A DNA stretch of 32,000 nucleotides, taken from positions 30,001 through 62,000 of the forward strand of contig NC_013201.1 of assembly GCF_000023965.1 (NCBI RefSeq), written 5' to 3'. How positions within the stretch are numbered: position 1 is the stretch's first letter; each line of letters begins with the position of its first letter. Shown one piece after another: positions 1 through 8,819 of this stretch. The notes beneath the pieces were generated by a model that ran no database searches, was not told the DNA's origin, and saw only the letters and a list, made by a program, of their open reading frames with translations. The translations under genes were made by a program, and so were the position numbers. Origin of the DNA: Halomicrobium mukohataei DSM 12286. GTDB lineage: Archaea > Halobacteriota > Halobacteria > Halobacteriales > Haloarculaceae.

Positions 1-1857
1 ACGGCGGTGCCGATACGGGTGTTCCAGGGCGAACACGAAACCGCCACACGGAACGAGTTGCTCGCCGAGTTCGTACTGACCGACGTGCCGCCGACCTCGG
101 CCGGGACGCCGGCGATCGAGGTCACGGTGAGCATCGACGAGAACCGGTGGATCAACGTCGAGGCAGACCACGACGGCGACAGTGAAGCGATCACGATCGA
201 TCCCGCGACGGAGCGATCGCTGCGGGATGGAACGAGACGCCAGTCCGAGCAGGAACGGCCCGCACCCCGACTGGTTACCACTCGGGACGAAGACGAGGCG
301 ACGGCATCCGACGAAAGCCCGGAGACGAGCGCCGCGAGGGATCTGGAGACGCTGATCGACGAGGCCCTCGACGTACGCAACCAGCTCCATCGTGGCGTCC
401 TCTACTGTCGCCGGTCGATCGACAACGAGGTGGCGGATCTCCGCGACAACCTCGAAAAGACGACCCGAAACATCGAGTCGATCGTCGGGACGAACACGGA
501 GAGCGCGGACAAACGCGACGAGGACGGCGAGGAGGTGGGCGACCGGCTCGTCGGCGAGCTGGCGGCCGTCGAGGACTCGCTGCGGGCACTGCTCGACGAG
601 GACACGTCGACGGGGCTGGCGTTCGACGACCTCGAAGCGCTGGTCGACCGGATCGACCGCGGGCTCGAAGCGGCGGGACTCGTGCTCGTCGATCCCGACG
701 GCGGGGCCGAGACGGACCCGTACCGCCATCGAGTGGTCTCCTCAACAGAGAGCTCCGTCCCGGAGGGGCGAATCGTCTCCGTCCAGCAGATCGGATACGA
801 GCGCGACGGTGCGGTGTGCCGGGAGGCGACGGTGGTCGTCAGCGCCGGTTCTCCAGCGGAACGTGTCACAGCGGCCACGGGGCAGACCGATCCCGACCGG
901 TCGGGCGATACACTCGATCGAGCGATCAGAGACGCACGCGCCCCGGCCGTCGAGCAGTTCCCGAGCCCACCACGACGGTCGGTGAGCTACGAGGACTTCG
1001 AGATCAGCGCGACGCTGGGAACCGGCGGCCAGGCAGTCGTGTACGAGACGACCCACCCGGCGATCGAGTCGCCGGCCCGGATCGCGCTAAAAGAACCGGC
1101 TCGCGGCGAGCGGACCCTGACACACGACGCGATCAGTTCGTTTCTACAGCGGGCACAGACGTGGCGGACCGTCGACGACCGCGAGCGAGAGAGTCGCCGG
1201 TGGCGCTCCCACGAGTACATCGTCGGCGTCGTCGACGTCGGGGACACCCGACCGTGGATCGCCATGGAGTACATGGACGGCGGTGACCTCGCCGAGCGAC
1301 TCGACGGCACCGAGGGGCTGCCGGTCGAGGAGGCCGTGTGGATCGGACAGTGTCTCTGCCGCGCGCTCGAAGTCGCACACGAGTACGGGATCGCCCACCT
1401 GGACATCAAGCCGGGGAACGTCCTCTTCACCGAAACGACACCGTCACGCTGGGACCTGCCGAAGCTCGCCGACTGGGGCCTCGCGAGAAAGCTGCTGGAC
1501 CGAGCCGACTCGATGGAAGGCTTCTCCCGACACTTCGCCGCGCCCGAACAGTTCGACGCCGAGACCTTCGGCGAACCGGACGCCGTCACGGACATCTACC
1601 AGGTCGGCGCTGTGCTGTACGCGATGCTACGCGGCGAGCCACCCGTGAGCGGCGGCCGCCTCGCCGTCCGCAAGCGAATCGTCCGCGACGACGGGCCACC
1701 GCCAGCCCCGAGTGCCGATCGTGACGACGTGCCGCCCGAACTCGACGAGATCGTACGCACGGCGCTGGCGACGGCAAAACGGGATCGGTACGAATCGATC
1801 CGGTATCTGCGAGACGATCTGGAAGCCCTGTGGAAGTCGCCGGACGATACCGTCTAG
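1..1857 (+). CDS. Hsp70 substrate-binding domain / GrpE-like domain / Hanks-type Ser/Thr protein kinase fusion (5' end cut by window edge)
   Basis: The frame is open from nt 1 to TAG 1855-1857. nt 1-201 read RVFQGEHETATRNELLAEFVLTDVPPTSAGTPAIEVTVSIDENRWINVEADHDGDSEAITI, which follows the DnaK SBD-beta signature. nt 546-849 read LAAVEDSLRALL...LVLVDPDGGAETDPYRHRVV...GRIVSVQQIGYERDGAVCREATVVVS, which follows the GrpE C-terminal signature. nt 988-1830 carry kinase motifs GTGGQAVVY, IALKEP, HLDIKPGNVLF, ADWGLAR and APEQ. Confidence 0.85.
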   Translation, partial: TAVPIRVFQGEHETATRNELLAEFVLTDVPPTSAGTPAIEVTVSIDENRWINVEADHDGDSEAITIDPATERSLRDGTRRQSEQERPAPRLVTTRDEDEATASDESPETSAARDLETLIDEALDVRNQLHRGVLYCRRSIDNEVADLRDNLEKTTRNIESIVGTNTESADKRDEDGEEVGDRLVGELAAVEDSLRALLDEDTSTGLAFDDLEALVDRIDRGLEAAGLVLVDPDGGAETDPYRHRVVSSTESSVPEGRIVSVQQIGYERDGAVCREATVVVSAGSPAERVTAATGQTDPDRSGDTLDRAIRDARAPAVEQFPSPPRRSVSYEDFEISATLGTGGQAVVYETTHPAIESPARIALKEPARGERTLTHDAISSFLQRAQTWRTVDDRERESRRWRSHEYIVGVVDVGDTRPWIAMEYMDGGDLAERLDGTEGLPVEEAVWIGQCLCRALEVAHEYGIAHLDIKPGNVLFTETTPSRWDLPKLADWGLARKLLDRADSMEGFSRHFAAPEQFDAETFGEPDAVTDIYQVGAVLYAMLRGEPPVSGGRLAVRKRIVRDDGPPPAPSADRDDVPPELDEIVRTALATAKRDRYESIRYLRDDLEALWKSPDDTV

Positions 1858-4849
1858 CTTCGATCTCAGTTTGCCGTCTGAAACCAGTCCGGCGACGATT
1901 CGTCTCGTCGAGGCTTCTTGCTTCAATCCCACAAGGGTCCGTCTGAAACTCCGAGACGTGTTCCCTCTCTAGCTGTGCATCTTCCGCTTCAATCCCACAA
2001 GGGTCCGTCTGAAACCAGATCTAAAACAATGTCATACGGAAAAATCGACATCGCTTCAATCCCATAAGGGTCCGTCTAAAACGATCCGGAATATGAAGTG
2101 ACGAACGATCCGGATACGGGCTTCAATCCCACAAGGGTCCGTCTGAAACTCGACGAGATCGGCGCGAACTCGTTCGCTGATACTGCTTCAATCCCACAAG
2201 GGTCCGTCTGAAACTCGGGGACCGAGACGACGGGGCCGGGTGCTGTCTGCTTCAATCCCACAAGGGTCCGTCTGAAACCCGGAGGGGCCGCTGCGTGGGT
2301 GATCTGGAGAGAAGAGCTTCAATCCCACAAGGGTCCGTCTGAAACGTTGCGTGAGCTAGCGAAACACCGAGTCCGTGTGATGCTTCAATCCCACAAGGGT
2401 CCGTCTGAAACACGGAAATCCAGCCGATCACCCTCCGAGAGGAGAGGGCTTCAATCCCACAAGGGTCCGTCTGAAACCGGACATTCAGAAGCGCCTGACT
2501 AACCGCATGGCTGCTTCAATCCCACAAGGGTCCGTCTGAAACCGGGAAGACCACGACCGCCCGCGCCCTCCAGTTCGAGCTTCAATCCCACAACGGTCCG
2601 TCTGAAACGGCTTCTACGTCGGCAACCGGACCGAGGACGGCGATGGGCTTCAATCCCACAAGGGTCCGTCTGAAACAAGTACGCCTCGATCATCAACGGC
2701 GTCCGGGCTGTGCTTCAATCCCACAAGGGTCCGTCTGAAACGATGCTGTTGAGCTCGTAGCGATCCCACTCGGCGTGCTTCAATCCCACAAGGGTCCGTC
2801 TGAAACAGCCCTTGTGCAATGATCGGGAGTGCAATCCGACCGCTTCAATCCCACAAGGGTCCGTCTGAAACTCAGGCGAGTTGTCGGACGAACAGCTTGA
2901 AGCGTGTGCTTCAATCCCACAAGGGTCCGTCTGAAACTCGTCGAGCGGCAGGCCGCCGACCGCTACGGGCTGGCTTCAATCCCACAAGGGTCCGTCTGAA
3001 ACCGACACGGTCGAAGATGCTGGCAGCTCGCGAATCGCGCTTCAATCCCACAAGGGTCCGTCTGAAACGGATCTCGACGGCCGCGTGGCCGTGCATCTCG
3101 GGGTCGCTTCAATCCCACAAGGGTCCGTCTGAAACAACGCTTCAACGCGCTCTATTGACCGAGCGTATCGGCTTCAATCCCACAAGGGTCCGTCTGAAAC
3201 AGATCTCGCGGATAAGCTGCCCCCGCCCTCCCATGAGGCTTCAATCCCACAAGGGTCCGTCTGAAACCACTTCGAGCGGACTTTGGGCCACCCCGGAAAG
3301 TCAGGCTTCAATCCCACAAGGGTCCGTCTGAAACCGATACGTCCGGGACGCCCGTGACGACCACCACTGCGCTTCAATCCCACAAGGGTCCGTCTGAAAC
3401 GGAGGAGCGGATGGACATGAGCGACACGACGATCCGGCTTCAATCCCACAAGGGTCCGTCTGAAACGAGCATCTCTCCAATCAGCGGTCATCAACCGCGA
3501 GCTTCAATCCCACAAGGGTCCGTCTGAAACAGTATCTGTCTACGCGATACCGCACCGTCAGAGTGGCTTCAATCCCACAAGGGTCCGTCTGAAACTACGA
3601 CCTTCCCACTGAGGGTCTTGAGCTAACGATTGCTTCAATCCCACAAGGGTCCGTCTGAAACGCGACGTGCTTACCTCTGACGCCAATATTGACCTTGCTT
3701 CAATCCCACAAGGGTCCGTCTGAAACTTCATCAAGAGGCACACAAGCATGGTGCGTCCAAAGCTTCAATCCCACAAGGGTCCGTCTGAAACCTGGCCTAC
3801 CCGAGTCGGTTCCCCGCAGCACTCGCAGCTTCAATCCCACAAGGGTCCGTCTGAAACACGATCGTCACCGACACCCTCGGGGCCGGCGGCGCGCTTCAAT
3901 CCCACAAGGGTCCGTCTGAAACGAAACGACCGAGACGCAAAGCGAGTTCACACAACTCGCTTCAATCCCACAAGGGTCCGTCTGAAACTTAGATGATCAG
4001 GTAGCCTGCTACCAGTGCAGCTGCGCTTCAATCCCACAAGGGTCCGTCTGAAACGAGACCCAGCTTTGCCTTCCAGGTGATCAGCTCGTAGCTTCAATCC
4101 CACAAGGGTCCGTCTGAAACTCGAAGCGCTCGGTCGCGACGGAGACCAGCGACCAGCTGGCTTCAATCCCACAAGGGTCCGTCTGAAACTGACGACCACA
4201 CACACGAGGCCGTGCGTGTGCTTGTAGCTTCAATCCCACAAGGGTCCGTCTGAAACCCACGTCCCGGTGACACGCAGCTCGGTGAGATCGCGCTTCAATC
4301 CCACAAGGGTCCGTCTGAAACCATGGAGTCTTCAACATTTCATGGGCTGGGCTTGGCCGCTTCAATCCCACAAGGGTCCGTCTGAAACCGCAACCCGACG
4401 ATCGAGGACGGGCCGTCCCTGGAGCTTCAATCCCACAAGGGTCCGTCTGAAACGCGTCGGACTGCGTCGATAGTGTTCGTGCTCATGTTGCTTCAATCCC
4501 ACAAGGGTCCGTCTGAAACCAGACTTCTACTGGAAGGCGAAAACTGAGAAGGCAGCTTCAATCCCACAAGGGTCCGTCTGAAACTACGCTCGACGACCTC
4601 CGTCGTGCGCTCCAGAAGTCAGCTTCAATCCCACAAGGGTCCGTCTGAAACGCGCTGCGGACGTGGTGTCAGAGGGGTTACCAGTAACTGCTTCAATCCC
4701 ACAAGGGTCCGTCTGAAACACTCCGGGTACACTGGTGGCGATGCTCTACTCGCCGCTTCAATCCCACAAGGGTCCGTCTGAAACACACGTTTCTTTTTTT
4801 CAGGAGCCATCACTCACTCGCTTCAATCCCACAAGGGTCCGTCTGAAAC
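1857..4849 (-). CRISPR. CRISPR array, 45 full 30-nt repeats plus one degenerate terminal repeat; haloarchaeal type I-B-like repeat
   Basis: The plus-strand repeat is GCTTCAATCCCACAAGGGTCCGTCTGAAAC (first copy 1920-1949, last 4820-4849). All spacers look unique and are 34-39 nt long. A degenerate 28-nt copy, GCTTCGATCTCAGTTTGCCGTCTGAAAC, lies at 1857-1884. Variant repeats sit at 2053-2082 (2 changes) and 2579-2608 (1 change), so decay clusters at the left end, which is therefore the trailer. The reverse complement GTTTCAGACGGACCCTTGTGGGATTGAAGC is the transcribed orientation of Haloferax-type I-B repeats (ATTGAAGC handle), so the array is on the minus strand. Confidence 0.98.
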
Positions 4850-5032
4850 CATGGTCGATTTGACCACGTATACACTGCTACTTGCCGTTTGCACTTCATC
4901 GTTTCCGTCGACCCTCGATACCCCTCGAACCCCCCGGGGGTCGATGGAAACGCGAACTTCCTCGGTCAGTACGCAGGCGAGACACCACCGACGTGGCGAG
5001 AAGTCGGCGACAGAGGGGTCTCTTCGACCGTC
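4850..5032 (-). promoter_or_regulatory. CRISPR leader remnant, truncated by IS insertion
   Basis: This is a non-coding stretch next to the youngest, perfect repeat. An AT-rich GTATAC segment at about 4868-4875 could be a TATA element. An inverted repeat lies at 4901-4914 / 4938-4951. The region ends at the IS terminal inverted repeat at 5033. Confidence 0.5.
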
Positions 5033-6079
5033 TCGCTCTTATGTAGAACTGCGGAAAGCCCCGATAGCGAGGCAGTCAATCATTGACTCGGTGGGTTCCC
5101 CAGCTAGAGTGAGTAACCGAACGATGCCGAAGGTGTGAGCGGCCTGCTCCAAGCCCTGCTTGGACAGGCCGCGGAACTTCCGCAGCCACGGCTGGACGAG
5201 CGAAAACAGCACTCAGCCTGGTTAATATGGACGCCGTCGAGCGATACATACCGCTCTTTGTGCACGACTGTCCGATGGTCACGCTCCATCTCTCGATAGG
5301 CTTGGAGTCCATCAGTCCAGACCTCTCCCAGCGGCTGGGAGAGGTCTTCAGCCTCCTGAATGACTGGTTCAAGATCACCGCTGTAGTCGATACCACGTTG
5401 ACCGCGGATCACGCGAAGCGAGTCGCGGCACGCCGCGACGAGCGTCAGCTGATCACCGTGGCGTCCCCACCAGCGTGGTCGGCCAGTCTGGGACGAGCCG
5501 CCGCGAGAACGGCTGTTCCGCGGCGGCTCTTGGCCTTTATACCCGGGAAAGACCTCACCAGATTCGTCGGCTTGCGTCGGTCCGTCAATGGTCTGGTCGA
5601 GCAGTTCCCAAACCACGGGAAGCCGCGCTGAACCGCGGCTTCCACCTCTCGAATCGCTGTGTGAACCGTTTTGTAGGCCCGCCCGAACAACGGCGCGATC
5701 TGGTTGATGCTGAGCAACGTATCGGCATAGAGTGTAAACGCGAGAAGTACCTCGCCGCAGGTGAGATGCTTCTCGTGAAACGGAGTTTCGTAGGTGTAGA
5801 CTGGCTTGAAGTTGCAGTCTCGGCACCACACGCGGTCGAGATGGGGCCACGTTTGGATGGCAGTGTGCCCGCACCGTGGACAGGACATATTTTTTCCAGA
5901 ACTCCTTGAGTCGCTGCTCGATGCGGGCATCGAGCGGCTCCGTGTCGAACTCGACGACGCCCAGCTCGATCAGCTCTCGAAACATCCCGCCGAACGCCGG
6001 CTGAGCAGAAGATATACTCCCCAATTATGGCTGGCTCAGTGTAACTATACGGCCTTTCCGTAGCTCTACATAAGAGCGA
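5033..6079 (-). mobile_element. IS1595-family (ISH4-like) insertion sequence, decayed copy
   Basis: Perfect 15-bp terminal inverted repeats TCGCTCTTATGTAGA lie at 5033-5047 and, as reverse complement, at 6065-6079. Inside are a zinc-ribbon (CPRCGHTAIQ...WCRDCNFKP) and DDE-domain pieces (VWTDGLQAY...HINQAE). No matching flanking direct repeat is present (CGACCGTC on the left, CGCACACA on the right). Confidence 0.8.
5039..5985 (-). pseudogene. IS1595-family transposase, disrupted by about 3 frameshifts
   Basis: The coding sense jumps between all three minus frames. Segment 1 is MFRELIELGVVEFDTEPLDARIEQRLKEFWKK, ending at an A6 run near 5891-5896. Segment 2 is NMSCPRCGH...AVQRGFP, ending at a C run. 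Segment 3 is VVWELLDQTIDGPTQ...TDGLQAYREMERDHRTVVHKERYVSLDGVHINQAE, ending near 5205-5215. Segment 4 is LFSLVQPWLRKFRGLSKQGLEQAAHTFGIVRLLTLAGEPTESMIDCLAIGAFRSST, with its stop at 5039-5041. I translated the last segment by hand; it is not in the ORF track. Confidence 0.75.
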
Positions 6080-6106
6080 CGCACACAGCCACTATCCGGG
6101 CCGATG

Positions 6107-6545
6107 TCACGGAAGGCCATCTGTTAGGTCGACGAGGTCCTCGTCGGTCTGCCAGCGATACAGCCGTCCCTCCTGCTCGAACAGATCGAAGACACCGTCC
6201 TGCATCCAGCCGAAGAGATGCTTCTCGTCCTCGTACTCCCGTTTGAGGACGTGGCTTTTCGCGAAGAACTCGGTCGTGCCGACGAGCAACCCTTGTTCGA
6301 CGAGGAAGTCGCTCAGTTCCTCTCGGCGACGCCGACAAGGTAGGTCACGATATCACCAATCAGGCAGAACTTCTGGATGTTATCGTCCCACTCGGCGCGG
6401 ATGTCGACCATCCGGAAGGCGTAGGCGGTCCTGTCGGCGGTTGAGTCGGTCGATCACGAGGTTCAACCGGCGGGGCTCCCGGTCGTGGTTCCCCAGCACG
6501 AAGTACGAGAACGCCCCTCGCCCGAATACGGGATAAGCACGTATT
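6107..6545 (-). pseudogene. Frameshifted, 5'-truncated gene remnant with a GNHD metallophosphoesterase-like motif
   Basis: Hand translation of the minus strand gives three pieces in three frames. They are GAFSYFVLGNHDREPRRLNLVIDRL, then TAYAFRMVDIRAEWDDNIQKFCLIGDIV, then EELSDFLVEQGLLVGTTEFFAKSHVLKREYEDEKHLFGWMQDGVFDLFEQEGRLYRWQTDEDLVDL. No start codon is present. Only the GNHD motif supports the family call. Confidence 0.3.
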
Positions 6546-6552
6546 CAGCCGG

Positions 6553-6570
6553 TAGTGTGGCGCCACACTA
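6553..6570. promoter_or_regulatory. Perfect 18-bp palindrome TAGTGTGGCGCCACACTA upstream of vapB (candidate operator)
   Basis: Read directly from the sequence. It ends 32 nt before the vapB ATG at 6603. Confidence 0.5.
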
Positions 6571-6602
6571 GGCTTTTCAGGGTCGGTCACTTACTCGGAG
6601 AT

Positions 6603-6854
6603 ATGAGCAGCGACAGAATCGACGCCGAAAGCAAGGTATCTGGAAATCAGGCAAACATCCCCGCCCGGATTCGACGTGAACTCGATATCGACGACGGTGA
6701 TCAGCTCCGCTGGCAGCTTGAAAGTGATGGGAGTATCCGGGTCGAAGTCATCCAACAGCAGACGGGCACGTTCACCGATTTCGACGGCTACGCTGGTGAA
6801 AATGCAACCGATGTGACCAACGATCACGACGCCTGGGGCGTCAACGTCGAGTAA
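6603..6854 (+). CDS. vapB: AbrB/SpoVT-family antitoxin (VapB-like)
   Basis: The sequence SKVSGNQANIPARIRRELDIDDGDQLRWQLESDGSIRVEV looks like a swapped-hairpin AbrB/MazE fold. The TAA stop abuts the ATG of the PIN-domain gene (TAAATG at 6852-6857). The internal ATG at 6603 is preferred over the ORF-track start at 6555. Confidence 0.8.
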   Translation: MSSDRIDAESKVSGNQANIPARIRRELDIDDGDQLRWQLESDGSIRVEVIQQQTGTFTDFDGYAGENATDVTNDHDAWGVNVE

Positions 6855-7289
6855 ATGCCCCGCGCACTCATCGATACGTCAGTCCTGTTTGCAGCCGCGT
6901 ACAAGCGAGATAATTCACACGACGGCGCACTTCCAGTGCTCCAGGGCATCGATACTGGAACGCTTCCTGAGGCAGTCGTCCTCGACTACGTTCTCGCCGA
7001 AACGCTGAACGGCCTCACGACACACGCCGGCCACGACGCAGCGGTCGATCTCCTTGATCGCATCGAAGAAAACGCCCGCTTCCACATCGACACACTCACC
7101 ATCGATGCCCTCGCGACAGGAAAGTCCCTCTTTCGCCAACACGAACCCCTCTCCTTCGTCGATGCCTGTATTGTCGCGTATATGCAAACCGAGGGTCTCG
7201 GCTACCTGTATGCGTTTGATGACGATTTTGACGCTGTCGAGGACGTCTATCGGCTCGAAACAGCGACGAATCCCTACGATCCAAACTGA
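6855..7289 (+). CDS. vapC: PIN-domain ribonuclease toxin (VapC)
   Basis: The four PIN acidic positions are readable: LIDTSV, LAET, FVDA, FDDDF. The 144-aa size and coupling to an AbrB-type antitoxin fit VapC. Confidence 0.9.
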   Translation: MPRALIDTSVLFAAAYKRDNSHDGALPVLQGIDTGTLPEAVVLDYVLAETLNGLTTHAGHDAAVDLLDRIEENARFHIDTLTIDALATGKSLFRQHEPLSFVDACIVAYMQTEGLGYLYAFDDDFDAVEDVYRLETATNPYDPN

Positions 7290-7598
7290 CACAAACAGAC
7301 GACACGATTGGGGTAACGAAGTGCAGTCTCAGGAAAGTCACACCCCGTAGTCAGCCACCAGCTCCTGGAACACGTCCCACTCCGGAAGCCGATCGTCGTC
7401 GATCTCGCCGTGCGTGTCGAGGTAGCGGAGCAAGGAGGCGATATAGTAACAATTGAAACGATTTACACACCGATCGCACTGCTGTCGTGCGATCGGGTGT
7501 GCATTGATTTTCAATGGCTACTATAGAAGGACTCAGGTAGATACTGGTCGATCGCCGCAGAGTCCACACAAACGAAGCAAGCTGATCAGGAGACGGCG

Positions 7599-7680
7599 AT
7601 GCGCGTCACGCGTGACGCGCTCGCCGTCGATACACCGATTTGGATGCTCGGAGACAGCGCCTACGACATCCGTTCCTTGC
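7599..7680 (+). pseudogene. Short DDE-transposase-like fragment
   Basis: DTPIWMLGDSAYDI resembles the second-Asp region of IS4/IS5-type haloarchaeal transposases. No surrounding ORF is intact. It lies in a low-coding debris zone (7290-7887). Confidence 0.25.
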
Positions 7681-7887
7681 ACTGTGTCTCCGAGTCGTCA
7701 TTGCAATCACCAATTTTGAGCGAGGCGACGACCCTGTCTGTGAGAAGCTCAATCTATGAGATGGTTTCTATGACAGGCTCGGTAAAATCAGAACTACTGC
7801 TACCTGGGACGGTAAAAACAGCTCACTCTGGTCGCGTTGATGATTCGGTGGACAGATTCAAATACCCCTCCAGGCCTTCTTTCAGGT

Positions 7888-8355
7888 ATGGGACACAATC
7901 TCGTCGACGGGCGTTCTGCTCCCGGTTCGGGAGATTCTGTGCGGATTCGCGTCTTGCAGGACGAGGAAGGCAATCTCGCAGTTGACCGCCCGTATCGGGA
8001 TTTGCCTCTCGAATTGAGTGCTGGTGACGAAATCCCCTTCCCTGAAGAACCGGGTACGTACGAAGTTCAGGGTATGGTCAGCCAAGTGATGTTGGCGGAT
8101 CGTGACGGTGCGGATTACTTGTTCCTCGAAGACTACCACGTCGAAAAGGTGGCGGACAGACTGGTTGAGCTGCCCCGAGAGGATGATACTCCCGAGTGGG
8201 AGGAAACCGATACCTCGGATGCAAATGTCGACGTAGATGTTGATTCCGTGTTGTCGGAGGAGACGATCGTCGAGGAAGCTGACTCCCGTTCGACAGTCGG
8301 GGAAGCTGAGTCGCTATCGGAGAGTTTGAACGAACTCCTCTTGGGAAAGAAGTAG
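7888..8355 (+). CDS. Hypothetical acidic protein
   Basis: An ATG at 7888 lies 24 nt downstream of the TATA-like TTCAAATA (7857-7864), a spacing that fits a leaderless transcript. The composition is acidic and the C-terminal tail is very acidic. I recognise no domain. Confidence 0.55.
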   Translation: MGHNLVDGRSAPGSGDSVRIRVLQDEEGNLAVDRPYRDLPLELSAGDEIPFPEEPGTYEVQGMVSQVMLADRDGADYLFLEDYHVEKVADRLVELPREDDTPEWEETDTSDANVDVDVDSVLSEETIVEEADSRSTVGEAESLSESLNELLLGKK

Positions 8356-8462
8356 ACTACTCGTCTTCGTCAACACTGTCGTTGTTTTCGGATCGATCTC
8401 TGCCCAGTTCTAACGCTGACGGTGTACTGGCCTCTTCTGACTGCTTCCCCAGCTCAAGCAAC

Positions 8463-8819
8463 GATGGACCGACGCAAGTCGTCGAATCTGGGATGGCCTG
8501 TTCGGGCTACAAAGGCCAAGAGCCGCCGTGGAACAGCCGTTCCCGCGGCGGCTCGTCCCAGACTGGCGATCACGCTGGCGGGGACGTCACGGTGATCAGC
8601 TGACGCTCGTCGCGGCGTGCCGCGACTCGCTTCGCGTGATTCGCGGCTAACGTGGTATCGACTACAGCGGTGATCTTGAACCAGTCATTCAGGAGGCTGA
8701 AGACCTCTCCCAGCTGCTGGGAGAGGTCTGGACTGATAGACTCCAAGCCTATCGAGAAATGGACTTTGACCACCGAACAGTCGTGCATAAGGAAAGATAT
8801 GTTTCGCCCGACGGCGTCC
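8463..8819 (+). mobile_element. Internal fragment of a second IS1595-family copy, inverted relative to 5033-6079
   Basis: It is collinear at the nucleotide level with the reverse complement of about 5225-5590. It encodes DGPTQ..SGYKGQEPP.NSRSRGGSSQTG ... LTLVAACRDSLRVIRG*RGIDYSGDLEPVIQEAEDLSQLLGEVWTDRLQAYREMDFDHRTVVHKERYVSPDG. It contains an in-frame stop and a 1-nt deletion, and has no terminal repeats. Confidence 0.8.

Noticed and set aside
1712-4813. About twenty ORFs of 60-170 aa on both strands with recurring peptides (LQSHKGPSET, FNPTRVRLK, FRRTLVGLK, FQTDPCGIEA)
   Set aside because: They are translations of the 30-nt CRISPR repeat in different frames. The periodicity equals the repeat-spacer unit, so they are not genes.
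5885-5900. Programmed ribosomal frameshift at the A6 run of the transposase
   Set aside because: The shift needed to reach the zinc-ribbon frame is +1, not the -1 used at A-AAA-AAN sites. Two further frameshifts and the missing target duplication argue for decay, most simply loss of one A from an A7 run.
5104-6024. 306-aa ORF as an intact transposase
   Set aside because: Only its two ends are real transposase sequence. The middle is out of frame: the zinc ribbon is in the 5445-5930 frame and the true C-terminus is in the third frame. The gene is therefore called a frameshifted pseudogene.
5025-6087. 8-bp target-site duplication flanking the IS
   Set aside because: The flanks read CGACCGTC and CGCACACA, with no match in any nearby register that I checked.
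7338-7445. Minus-strand peptide YIASLLRYLDTHGEIDDDRLPEWDVFQELVADYGV followed by a stop
   Set aside because: It looks like a genuine protein C-terminus, but there is no identifiable start, domain or partner. I treat it as unassignable debris in the IS-scarred zone rather than as a feature.
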